From: Hypanus sabinus
Taxonomy: Eukaryota
DNA: 64,000 nucleotides
Assembly: GCF_030144855.1 (NCBI RefSeq)
Contig: NC_082729.1
Coordinates: 17,422,001 to 17,486,000 of the forward strand
Direction: 5' to 3'
The position numbers and the translations under genes were made by a program. The notes under the pieces were generated by a model. It saw only the letters and a list, made by a program, of their open reading frames with translations. It was not told where the DNA came from and made no database searches. Positions 52,889 through 64,000 of this stretch are shown here, piece by piece; position 1 is the stretch's first letter, and each line of letters begins with the position of its first letter.

Positions 52889-53494
52889 TCAGATTTTTAC
52901 AAGTTGCGTTTTCATTTTCTTGGCTTTGACAGATTTTGCCTTCGGCTTGGGTTTTGCCGATTTCCTGGGCGCCTTCGCCTTCGGGGCTGCGACCTTCTTC
53001 GGGCTCTTGGGCTTCTGTGCAGCCTTCTTCATCGCTGGTTTCTTAGCTGCCGCTTTTTTAGCCACTGATTTCTTAACAATTTGCTTTTTGGGGGGAGATT
53101 TCTTTGATGCTCTCTTGATCTGTGATTTCTTACCCGCTGGTTTCTTCGTTTTTTTCACGATTTTCGCGCCGTCCTTTTTAGCGGCCTTCAGGGAGCCGGA
53201 GGCACCTGCGCCCTTGGTGTGAACCAGGGAGCCGCTTTCCAATTTCCTTTTAATGACCATCTTGATCTGACTTTTGAGCTTTTCCACATCGACGCCGTCA
53301 GCGGCCAATCTCTTCTTTATCGCGACTATAGACACCCCTCGGTGACTGCGGCAATCCGCCACAATCTTGTCGATCTGTTCGCCCGGTTTGGGATCGGCTG
53401 GATTGGTCCGGGCGGCCGCCTTCTTCTTGGGAGCCTTGGTTGTAGTGGCGGGTACCGTTGCGGGAGCTACTTCAGCGGCTGAGGTCTCGGTCAT
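52889..53494 (-). CDS. H1: Histone H1 (linker), ~201 aa
   Basis: MTETSAAEVAPA..., winged-helix ending TKGAGASGSLK, K/A/P-rich tail with SPKK/SPPKK; 3' stem-loop. Confidence 0.93.
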   Translation of the reverse strand: MTETSAAEVAPATVPATTTKAPKKKAAARTNPADPKPGEQIDKIVADCRSHRGVSIVAIKKRLAADGVDVEKLKSQIKMVIKRKLESGSLVHTKGAGASGSLKAAKKDGAKIVKKTKKPAGKKSQIKRASKKSPPKKQIVKKSVAKKAAAKKPAMKKAAQKPKSPKKVAAPKAKAPRKSAKPKPKAKSVKAKKMKTQLVKI

Positions 53495-54489
53495 GTCGGC
53501 AACTATGTACAAACTAAAAGTCAAAGCTGAGTCAGAAATGAAGCGAGAGGCGGCGGTGCAGAGCAATTTAAAGGCAGCGAGCGAACGGGGTGGAGTCATC
53601 CTGCTGTCAGCTCCCGGCTGCTTTGTCTCTCCTCAAAAACTCTCCGATTCCAAACAAAATTCGGCATCCCCAACACCGGGGCCGCTCACGGTTTTTGTCG
53701 GATTCTTTAATGTAAAAAAGTTTGGTCCGAATTAAAGTCAACAGTTTCCATATAAATCCGTTTGACCGCGGCATTAACTTCGTTCTCTCCAACGATCGCT
53801 GTCACATTCTCTGTTTTCCGTCTGTAACATTGAAACCAGCAAAATTTGTGGTTAATTCCCACGCAAGACTGAGCTGGTCATTTTATTATTTTTTATATTA
53901 TTTTCCACAGGAGGGACGACGAAATGCGGCGATGTGATCGGACTCACAAACACAACATTCAAAGTGTCACTGGTTTATTGTTCTTTAACTTGCAATGTTT
54001 AATTTACGCACATTAATTTGTTTATTTATGTGGAATCCAACTGAAGGTTTCATCCTTACTTTCATAAATTATAATGTGCTATGTGTGTTTATGGTGCTTT
54101 ACATCCTGGACCGGATAAATTTTGAAGGTATACATGCATATTGTTAAATGACAATAAACGAGAGTGACACCAGTCTATGCTGTCATGCCAACCTCCTTAA
54201 TAGAGTGCATGTTTCCTGTTTTTTTTGAAAACCGAGTCTTATATTCTCTCATCAGTCAAAGTCCCCTAAACCTGCCAGGCTACCCTTCACCCCAACGGGA
54301 ACATTCTGTTCCCGGACACTTGCTGTCCCACTTCATAACGCTTCCCACTCGCCATTCATTATGATGCAAAGAAGATTTTGAAGATTAACAGTGGGAATTG
54401 AAGGCCTGAGTTATGTGATTGTATTGGGTTTGTTGGCTGTGCACTTCTAGACTCAAGAAAGGACATTCAGACCTATCTGATACAGACAT

Positions 54490-54903
54490 TATTGGAGTAT
54501 AAAAGTTGCATTGTTATTTACTAACTAACAATGTAGTCAGCTTTGAACTTCCAATTTGCTATGCATGTAGCCAATTTAGTATGAGAATGAAATCTTAAGA
54601 ATGTAGAAGACAATGGTGTGTTAATGAGAGGTAGTTAAGAGATATAGATTAGAACATGATTAAGCCAATGGGTAGAAAGAATAGTGGCGGATGTACTTGT
54701 GATACGCAACTGTAGACCGATTGGATATGCTAATACAACTAAACTAGGAGATTGCTATAAAAAATGCTATGTACAAGGATCGGTGGGCAATCAGCGAACA
54801 GCTCAATGACTGTCTCAGCTTTGATTTACAAATTAAAGTTTAATACTTCTCGAAGAATCTTCTGAGTCTCCTGGTCGTTTGTGGGGAACGAAAAACCACG
54901 ACA
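54490..54903 (+). repeat. 5' LTR
   Basis: TATTGG...CGACA; TATA 54756, ATTAAA 54832; roughly 90% identical by eye to the 3' LTR. Confidence 0.93.
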
Positions 54904-54907
54904 AAAT

Positions 54908-54925
54908 TGGCGACCGCGTCAGGAC
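54908..54925 (+). other. Primer binding site, tRNA-Arg(TCG)
   Basis: TGGCGACCGCGTCAGGAC; 17/18 complementary to the vertebrate tRNA-Arg(TCG) 3' end GTCCTGCCGCGGTCGCCA (tRNA sequence from memory). Confidence 0.8.
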
Positions 54926-55276
54926 CGGAAAGAGACCCGCGGAAAGGAAACGGCAGATTGGGGACGCTTCCCAGTCCTAAAGGGACCCCCACAAGGTTAA
55001 CTGGCCAAGAGAAGAAAACGGGCAGGGAAAGGAAAATAGAGATAAATCCTCGTCGATACCGCCTTAAGAGATAAGGGTCTAAATCGACGAGGTGCAAAGA
55101 GAAAATTCTGTAGATACCGCTCTGAATAGAGGTCTGTATGGGCAGAACAGAATAGGAAACAAGGTCAGTCCAATATATAGTTTTAAAGCGCTGGACTATA
55201 GACTAGCATAGAGTAAATAATATTATCCAGTAAACGAACTGTGAATCTCTGAAATACCTTAAAAAGAGAGAACAAC

Positions 55277-57590
55277 ATGACAGGTAAAGGAACGGCAGTA
55301 GAGATTCTGAGCAAAAAAAATCCCGGTAAGTAAATATGAGATCACAAAAACTTCAGAAAAATGGGAAAAGAGAACCAAAAACCTGGTCACAAAATGGCCA
55401 AAAGAAGGAACGTTTGATGTAAGCTTGTGCGAAGAAATGGAGGCACTAATTAAAAATTACAAACCAAAAGATAAATCTAAGAGAAGAGGGCAAGAAAGAG
55501 AACGAGACATGGAAGTGCTAAAACTCTTTAGAACGGAGGGAGAAAGGCTGAGGAGGACAGGTAGAATATTGATTACAAGCGAGGAAGACACTAAGGTGCT
55601 GGAGAAACAGCCGGTTAGAGAGAGAGAGGAAGGTACAGTGAAAAGCTGGCTTCAGCTCCATACCTGGATATGAAAGAAACAAAAAAAACCCTCCCTGAAA
55701 TGAGGAAGTAACCCCTAAGCAGTGCCCCCTGCTGACAAGAACAGCAAACATGCAGGGCAAAGTACAAGTTTGGGATAATGAGGAGGAAAACAGACAATAC
55801 GAGAAGGAAAAAGCAGCGATATGGAAGGAGATACAGGCAGAAAGGATAAAGGTGGAACAGGCAAACTGAGAAATGAAAGAAGAGACTGAATGGATGAAAT
55901 ACTTGAGAGAGGAAAAGGAGTATGAGGAGTATTGGTTATACCATAGAAATAAACAGACTAGAAAGGAAAGTGGATCAGGACAGGAAGAGATGAAGCATTC
56001 AAGAGGAAGTGGAAAAAAGATAGTAGATCAGAGTCTTGGAGAAACACAAGAGAGAAGGGAAATAAGCAGAAGTAAGGATCATGAGGAGTCCCTGCCACAG
56101 GTGTACAGACACGGACAGGAAGAAAGAGAAGGTGACTCATTGGGGGAGCAAGAGTTAAGTGGAGAGAGAGAGGATGCAAAAATTTGTGGGGAAGAGGTAC
56201 GAAGCAGAAGCCTAGAAGAGCAGAAGGAGGTGGTAGGGAAGCGACTTGCGGAAGTAGAGAGAGAGCTAGATAAGTTACTGAGAGGGGATTGCCAAAGGAG
56301 ATACGAAAATACTCCAGGGGCCAACCAAGTATTGAATCAGGTCAGAAAGGAAGGACTCCACAGGGAAGAAGAGGACCCCGGAGAAATTTGTTTGGGAGGC
56401 AGTAAAGACATACCCTGACACAGATGGGGAGGCAGGCAAGGAGGAGAGCCAGGGCAGGTGGGAAGAAGGAGGAAGAATGATGCCATTGTTAGTTAAAGGA
56501 TCAGGACAAATGCAGTATATCCCTTGGGGATCCCAGGACCTAGAAGGGCTGAAAAACACTCTGCCCAATCTACATGAAGGAGCAGGGAAATGGATTAAAG
56601 CCTTTGAAGAAGGAATGGCGGGACGATTATTGGCTATGGGAGATCTGAAGGCACTATTGATATGGTTGACGGGAACCTCCAAATTTAACAAACTAATGGA
56701 AGTGGCTGGCATAGTAAACTCGAACGACCGGAGAACTGATGGAGATGGGTTTGACAGAGTGAGGCAGATGGTATGGCAGGCTCTCAGGAAGCTTTATCCA
56801 CCCAAAGTGGACCCCAAAACCTTAAAGGGGGATCCACTGGGAGACACTGAAAACCCAGCAGCCTACGTAGAAAACCAATTGAAAAGGTGGAGACTGGCAA
56901 CTGAGCAAGAGGTGGAAAATAGCTTATTTATCACCACACAGTTCCGACATAGCATTTTGGATGCAATGCCTCCGCAAGTAAATCCAAACTGGAGGAAGTG
57001 GTTGGGCTGACGTCAATAACCCCACAAGACTTTAGAGACCACGCAGTCCATGCGGTTGAGAAATACCGGAAAGACAAACGAAGGTTGGCTGAGCAGCAGG
57101 AAGAGGTGCTAAGAAAGTTAATACAAATGCAGCTTGAAGAACTCAAAAAGAAGGAAAAAGTGAAAAGCAAAAATATGCTGCCAGCAACCACCGGTCCGAG
57201 TACAGCCATCGAACTGGATGAAGCACCGCTACATGGAGGAACCGATCATACTGTAAGACAACGGCCGGAAAACCCCATGCCAATAATCAACGTCTTTGGA
57301 GGAGCAGTCCCAAAAATGCCCTTCAGGAACAGACTAAATTCAAACAGCCCAGACAGGACTGTAAGTCCCAAGGAGGGGGACAGAACTATGGGCAGAGGGG
57401 ATCAGTGAGGAAACAGGGGGAAAGAGAGGTAGAGAGAAAGTGCTGGGGATGTGATCAGCCAGGTCACATGAGAAGAGATTGTCCGTTTACACCATGGCCT
57501 GTCACACATCAGCAGGAACCGAAAAGAAGGGAACTAAAGTTTAGCCAAGGACCAGCCCCCACAGGCCCAAGCGGACCTGTGAACCCCTAA
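55277..57590 (+). pseudogene. gag: ERV gag (frameshifted)
   Basis: MA motif WPKEGTFD; CA start YIPWGSQDLEGLKNTLP; NC CWGCDQPGHMRRDC. Confidence 0.88.
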
Positions 57591-57598
57591 GCGAGGTA

Positions 57599-60500
57599 TT
57601 GGGGTACCCCAAGAACTCGAGTGGGAAGGGACATTACCCAATGATATCAAGGGAGGCAGACGAGGAACCCATTGTTCAGGTTATGTTAGAAGGGCAACTG
57701 ACACCAATGATGATAGATACTGGAGCCACGTACACTTGTGTACAGCCACAGTATGCCCTTCACCTTCCCATGTCAGGAAAGTTGATTAAGATGGTAGGTT
57801 TCTCGGGGAAAACACAGTTGACACAGTGCATGGCTCCAGTGCTGTTGAGAATCGGAAATAAAGGAATTGTTTCGTCGGTGCTAGTATTTAAAGGAACTCC
57901 GATTAATTTGTTAGGCAGAGATGCCTTATTGAAGCTGGAATTAAAATTAGAATGCACCAGAAATGGGCAGAGTGCGGAAAGAGCAGGGGCTCAATTGATA
58001 GTGCGAGAAGAAAAGAAGGCTAATATCTTTTGGATAGGAGACATCACAGATCAGATTCCGGAAACCTGGGAAAAATGGAAAAAGGGTGTGCAGGCTATAT
58101 TATCCAGGGCTGTAATGCCCAAATCTGAGCTACATTGTACAGTGATTTTTGATGAGATTCAGAACAGGGAGTTAGAGGAGAGATGGCACCTGCAGGCCTG
58201 TACACAGCACCTCCTGGAGGGGGATGCTGTGATAACTGGAAAGCAAGGGGCAGGTTTACAAGTTAAGTGGAACACCTTTTTAGAAAAATAGTACAGGATA
58301 CCAGAGGCTGCGCCCCACGTAATGTTGTTGGTAAACAAGGGATATCAGTCTAAAGACTTAGGACCCTTAGTTAAGAGTGCTGAAACCATAACAGTGTGGA
58401 GGAAAATCATGCCAGAGGTGTGGATATCAGAAGACAACAATTGCATGAAAATAATGGTAAGTGTAGATATGGTAGGGACAGTGAGAGAGGTCGAAATAAC
58501 TCCCCAACCACACATGCCATTGCTGAGAAAGGAAAGAGGCCAGCAGAAAGATAGAAGGTTAGATGAGTTGCCATCTATTCTAAGTGGAGATTGGTGCATG
58601 ATTTGCGAGTGGTAAATAATGTGGTAGAGGACTGGCCAGCGGTAGTCCCCAAACCACACACGCCTTTGACTAATGTTCCACCAGAAGCAAGTTACTTTTC
58701 AGTGATTGATTTGTGTTCCTCTAGCCGATCAGTGTCAGTATCTGTTTGCATTTCCTTACAGAGGTGCTCAGTATACCTATACCAGAATGCCGCAAGGACT
58801 TAAACATTCACCACACATTTTTAATCAGGTGTTGAAGGCAGACCTAGAGGGCATACCATTGGAAAGTACATTGTTACAGTATGTGGATGACCTGTTGATT
58901 TGCTCCCACAGTAAGGAACAGTGTGAGCAGGACACTATAACTCTGTTAAAGAAGCTGGCGCACAGAGGACATAAAGTATCCAAAATGAAACTGCAATTTT
59001 GCACGCTGCAAGTGGAATACTTAGGCAGGGTAATATCCAAGGAAGTGAAGGTGATAGCACCAGATCAGAGTGAGGCAATAACTAAGGCCCCAAAACCCCA
59101 GACTGTAGGGCAGGTGACGTTTTTGGGAATGGCAGGGTACAGCTCAGTTTGGATAGGAGAATATGCTGAGATTGTGGCACCTTTGAGAAAGATAACGAAA
59201 GAAGCAGGACATACAAATTTGAAGAACGGCTTACAGAGGAATGGAGAGGTGGAGATAGCTTTCAATGCTATTAAGCAGGAATTGCAATCAGCACCTGCAT
59301 TAGCTTTGCCTGACTACGAGAAGGTTTTTCACTTGTAGGTATCCAACTGACAGGAGGGGTATGTCACAGCGGTTCTAACACAAGAGACAGGCACAGGAAA
59401 AGCAAAGCAACCGATAGCATACTACAGTACGAGAGTAGATGAAGTGGCTCAAGGGTATCCACCCTGTTATCAGGGATTGGCGTCGCTGTACTATGCATAT
59501 GAAAAGACATCTTCTGTAACCCTGGGCTATCCTGTGACTGTACACACACCACAAAGTAGCAGAATTGCTGGAAAGAGGGAAATTTGTGCTGACACTAGCC
59601 AGAATAGCAGCGTATCAGATGCTATTGACATTTCCAGACATAACTATGCATTGATGCACTACCATTAATATAGCCAATTTTGTCCCTTTGGATGAAGGAG
59701 AACCCCATGATTGCGTAGGGATGACAGTGGCATTTGCCAAATTGAGAGCAGATTTATGGTCAGAACCACTAGAGGATGCAGATAAGAAGGTTCTGTTCGT
59801 AGATGGTTCTTGTTACATGGATTATGATGGAAATCATGCAGGGTTCTCAGTAGGGCAGCAGGATCAGTCGAACTATAAGATTATTAGGATGGAGTCCTGT
59901 CCCCAACCGTGCTCCCCCCAACTAGCAGAAATCAAAGCCCTGACAGCTGCATGTGAAATGATGGAAGGTGAGAAAGTAGACATCTATACTGCTTCAGCAT
60001 ATGCTCATGGATTATGCCATTTGTTCGGCGCAGTGTGGAAACAGAGAGGTTTTGAAAAAAGCAGTGAATATCCCATACAACATTGTCAGCAAATTCTAGA
60101 CTTAATAAAAGCCATGATGAAACCTAAAGCATTAGCTATAGTAAAATGCCAGGCACATAAAAAGGGAAATGATGCAACAACAAAGGGAAATCAAGCTGTG
60201 GACGAGGCAGCTGGAAAAGTGTCTGGATATACATCAGCTGTCATTGCCCCCCAGGTAAGCCTAGCTCTAGAACCTGTGGTAGAGTACCTAATGGAAATAC
60301 AAGGTAAGGCAACTTTGGCAGAACAAACAATGTGGAGGCAAAGGGGGGCCAAGCAGAACCCGGAAGGCTTGTGGAGCATGGAAGATGGTTTGTTGGCAGC
60401 GCCCACCCCTCTACTGACAATTTCGATTTCAGAAGCGCATGGGATTGACCATTGTGCAAGGGGAGAAGTGATAAAGAAAATAAAGGAGGATGGTTTTTGC

Positions 60501-60886
60501 TCACCTTATTTACAGGCTTCAGTGGACTTTGTCTTGTCACAGCGCGAGGTATGCACACATAATAATGTTAGGAAGGGAATTACAACCCCAGTATGTCACA
60601 TTATTGTACCTGAAGTACCATTTAAACATCTAGTGATCGATTACGTAGACATGATAAAGACAGTGAGAGGGAAAAGATACATGCTAGTAGTAATTGATCA
60701 ATTTAGCCAATGGGTGGAGGCGGTACCTTCAAGAGATCAAGGGGCAAAGACAGTGGTAACATTTCTGAAAAATTAAGTGATCCTAAGGTTTGGAATACCT
60801 ACAGAAGTTAGCTCAGACAATGGTTCAGCTTTTATCCAGAAAGTGGTCAAATTGATACTACAAGCGCTGAGGTTAAAGCAAAGATT
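57599..60886 (+). pseudogene. pol: ERV pro-(2H phosphoesterase-like)-RT-RNaseH-IN, disrupted
   Basis: IDTGAT...NLLGRD; LHCT/PHVM; KWRLVHDLR, MPQG, QYVDDLL; FVDGS, AEIKAL; HGIDH, IDYVDM, SSDNGSAF. Confidence 0.92.
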
Positions 60887-61260
60887 CCGAACAATACTAG
60901 CCCAGAGGGTCTTTCACCAGAGCAATGAATAAATTAAAGAATCTGCGGACGGAGGTCAAACAGAATGCAGGATTTGGACATCAGTTATTTGACTGGTTAG
61001 AAAGTAGACTCGGAGGATGGGGAGCATGGCTGACTAAAATGGCAATAACTGTCAGTATTGTATTGTTGAGATGTGCGCTTGTGTTGTGCTGTTTTCTTCC
61101 TTGTCTCAAGTCTCTTGTAGTGCGTGCTGCAACCAAACAATTTCCAATGCTCGTGGCAATTACTGAAGCAAGCTTAGTGGAGAAAGAAACACCGAAAATG
61201 TATTGTTACAGCCTACAACACCTTCAGGATGAACAAGAGCAAAACGCAGTGTGGGAGTAG
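60884..61260 (+). pseudogene. env: ERV env C-terminal (TM) remnant
   Basis: IPNNTSPEG-FTRAMNKLKNLRTE...FDWLESRLGGWGAW, hydrophobic TM, CCFLPCLKSL. Confidence 0.8.
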
Positions 61261-61473
61261 ATTGTAAGGGCTTCTGAGTTTTTTTCCTGTCTCAGGTACA
61301 AAGGGACAGGTTTTTGGTTCAGCGGCCCAGGGTAACGGGGAGAGAATACTTTGAGGTCTTGGCGCAGAAAATTATAGTTTAACCCGAGATTTGGGAATAA
61401 GTGCTTGAGTTTATTGGGGCTTTTGTGCGTGGACTCTTAGTCTTCTTTCTCTGTGTGAGCCCCTATGGCTCTC

Positions 61474-61483
61474 AAAGGGGGGA
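61474..61483 (+). other. Polypurine tract
   Basis: AAAGGGGGGA immediately before the 3' LTR. Confidence 0.85.
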
Positions 61484-61485
61484 TA

Positions 61486-61902
61486 TATTGGAGTATAAAA
61501 GTTGCATTGTTTGCTGTGTAACCAAAATTATGTAGTCAGCTTTGAGCTTGCTAGTTGCTATGCATGTATCCAATCTAGTAGGAGAATGAAATCTTAAGAA
61601 TATAGAAGATAATGTTGTGTTAATGAGAGGTAGCTAAGAGATGTAGATTAGAACATGATTAAGTCAATGGGTAGAAACAATAGTGGTGGATGTACTTGTG
61701 ATATGCAACTGTAGACCGATTGGATATGCTAATGCAACTAAACCAGGAGATTGCTATAAAAAATGCTATGTCCAAGGATCGGTGGGCAGTCAGTGACTAG
61801 CTCAATGACTGTCTCAGCTTTGATTTGCAAATTAAAGTTTAATACTTCTTGAAGAATCTTCTGCATCTCCTGGTCGTTTTTGGGGAACGAAAAACCACGA
61901 CA
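61486..61902 (+). repeat. 3' LTR
   Basis: Direct repeat of 54490-54903. Confidence 0.93.
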
Positions 61903-62049
61903 ACAGCCACAAGTGCTCTCACTAAATGGAGAAAATACTGTAACTACCCAATCCTCAAACAATAGTTTATTCTCCATGGTGTTTAGCTGCCTATACCCAC
62001 TATTTCCTGCCAAGGAGAATACACTTGCATTCAACAAAGTTGTTTAAAA

Positions 62050-62930
62050 GAAATTCTGCAGATGCTGGAAATCAAAAACAACATACACAAAATTCTGGAG
62101 GAAGTCAACAGGTCAGGCAAAATCCATGGCAAATAGATAGACAGTTGATCTTTCAGGGTGAGACCCTTCCTCAGGACTGGAAAGCAAGGGGGAAGATAAC
62201 AGAATAAAAAGCTGGGTGAGGGGAAGAAAGATAGCTAGAAGGTTAAGTCAAGAGGGTTGGAAAGTTCGAGAGCTGGAGATGAAGCAATCTGATAGGGGAG
62301 GAGAGTGGACCATAGAAAAAATGGAATGAGTAAGAGCACCAGGGTGAGAAAAGGTAAGAGACCAGTGTGGGGAATAGAAGATCAAGGGAGAAGGAGGGAA
62401 TATCTTTTAACCGGATGGAGAAATAGATATTCATGCCATCAATTTAGAGGATATTCAAGATGGATTATAAGATATTGCTCCTCCACCCTGAGGGCGGCCT
62501 CATTGTGGCACAAGAGGAGGACATGGAACTGAAAAGTCAGAATGGGAATGGGGAATTCAAATTTTGGGCCAATGGGAAGTTGCACTTTTGGCGTTTGGTG
62601 TGGAGATGCTATTGAATCAGTCCACCAATTTATGAAGGGTCTCACCAAAGTAGACACCACATCCAGAGCATCTACTCTGGTAGATTCGTGGGTACAGTGT
62701 TGCCTCACGTGGAAGGACTGTTTGTGGTCCTGAATGCAGGTGACGGGGAAGCTGAAAGAAAGGACAGGCGCAGCATGTTGGCTTGCCTGCAGGGAGAAGT
62801 GGCAGAAGGGAAATTAGTTGGGTAGATAAATAGACAACAAAATCGGTGGGGGGGGGGGGGAGGAAGGTAAACTTATGTTTGGTGGTAGGATCCCTTTGGA
62901 GATGGTGGAAGTTGTGGAGAATTATGTATT
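62050..62930 (-). mobile_element. Penelope-like element 3' part (GIY-YIG tail, pLTR, hammerhead motif at ~62142-62180)
   Basis: LLCHNEAALRVEEQYLII; minus CAGTC-CTGAGGA-AGGG-TCTCA-CCCT-GAAAG-ATC-AACTG. Confidence 0.7.
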
Positions 62931-63524
62931 TTAAAGTCGTTTAAAAATGCATTTTATTTACTTTGATTATCACTTAAATCCAGACAACACTCAAAAATAC
63001 ATGGAAAACTCAGACAACTTCTATCTTACATATTTCCAAATTCTCTCAGAACATTTCAATCTTATCTTGAATCTTGAAACTTTATACACTACAATATTTC
63101 TAAATTACAAACCATTTCTAAAACACAAACCTTTTCCAAAACAAAAAGCATTTCTTAAACATATAAAACATGAAGGATTTCCAAATGCAGGTAGTTTTCT
63201 TGTGAACTAAAAGAACATACCAATAAGTTACAGACAAACAAATCGTCTGTCGTAGAATCCAAAGCTGGAGGAATGGATTCTTGTTCACCCTGTATTTCTT
63301 CCAGGATTCCTGATGTTCCTTACCCCATTCATAATTGGTGTGAACTGCTCCCTGCATTTATACCCTTTTTCACCCAAATGATTGACTTCACAAGTGTGTA
63401 TTTCCCCAGATTATCCTTTCAACACAAATAATTTAAAAGCATTTTCGAGACAGAGACATCAGCTTAATTTCCACAGTTTACAATTAATGCTGTAAAGCCA
63501 ATATAAAACTCTCAACCATACATG

Positions 63525-64000
63525 TATCAGTCATTGAAGCCTTGGCTAATCAAAAACCCATCAGCCTCCACTTTAAAAACACTCAATGATTTGGCCACCA
63601 CAGCCATGCATGGCAATGAATTCCACAAGACTATCACCCTCCCACTAAAGAGATTCCTTCTCATCTGTATAAATGGTTGTCTCTTTATTCTGAAGCTCTA
63701 TCCTCTGATCCTAGACTCACCTACTACAGGAAACATCCTCTCCACATCCACTCTATCTATTCCTTTCAGTGGGATCCCTCCTTATTCTTCTAAACTCCAA
63801 GTGTAGGCCCAGAGCCATCATACCCTCCTCATACATTAACTCTTTCATTCCCGAATCATTGTTGTGAACATTCTCTGGACCGTCTTTAATGCCAGCACAT
63901 TTTTTTCTTAGATAAGGGGCCCAAAATTTCTCACAATACTCCGTGAAATTTGAGCAATGTCTCATTAAGCCTCAGTATCATCTTTTTGCTCCTGTATTCT
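63525..64000 (-). mobile_element. CR1 LINE 3' fragment
   Basis: EYCEKFWAPYLRK...MALGLHLEFRRIRRD. Confidence 0.8.

Larger units (their letters stand above)
54490..61902 (+). mobile_element. Endogenous retrovirus (fish epsilon-like, class I), two LTRs, internally deleted
   Basis: Paired LTRs, PBS, gag CCHC, DTGA protease, YVDD RT, RNase H, integrase, env TM, PPT; TSD ACAT (54486-54489) / ACAG (61903-61906). Confidence 0.95.

Noticed and set aside
53495-53599. N-terminal extensions of H1 (also H2B 14517-14540, 28607-28630 and H2A 48055-48060) in the ORF track
   Set aside because: The H1 extension starts upstream of its TATA box, and the H2B/H2A extensions use non-ATG starts; the canonical ATG lies downstream
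53948-53954. H1 TG-box/H1-box pair
   Set aside because: TGTGTTT is present ~450 bp upstream, but no clear AAACACA H1 box is at the expected proximal position
55873-56418. 181-aa E/K/R-rich ORF as a separate retroviral accessory gene
   Set aside because: Lies between MA and CA motifs; most simply a frameshifted low-complexity part of gag

Overview
Vertebrate nuclear DNA, most likely a cartilaginous fish (shark/ray-type CR1, Rex1, Penelope and V-SINE repeats; inference). It contains a replication-dependent histone gene cluster. From ~1.3 to 29.3 kb a decayed tandem duplication repeats an [H2B -> H2A] head-to-tail unit on the minus strand. It holds three apparently intact H2B genes (two with an identical 131-N block over their 3' ends), two H2B pseudogenes and four H2A remnants. 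A decayed C2H2 zinc-finger gene and two CpG-rich promoters lie at 31-37.5 kb. Intact H4, H2A, H3.2 and H1 genes with 3' stem-loops lie at 46-53.5 kb. A two-LTR, internally deleted fish-type (epsilon-like) endogenous retrovirus at 54.5-61.9 kb has a tRNA-Arg PBS and a 2H-phosphoesterase-like domain between protease and RT. The rest is nested LINE/SINE debris. Several Penelope remnants carry minimal hammerhead-ribozyme motifs, an RTE-like 5' end folds by eye into an HDV-like ribozyme, and a second LTR element has a tRNA-Asn PBS. TE family names and boundaries come from reading motifs by eye and are approximate.
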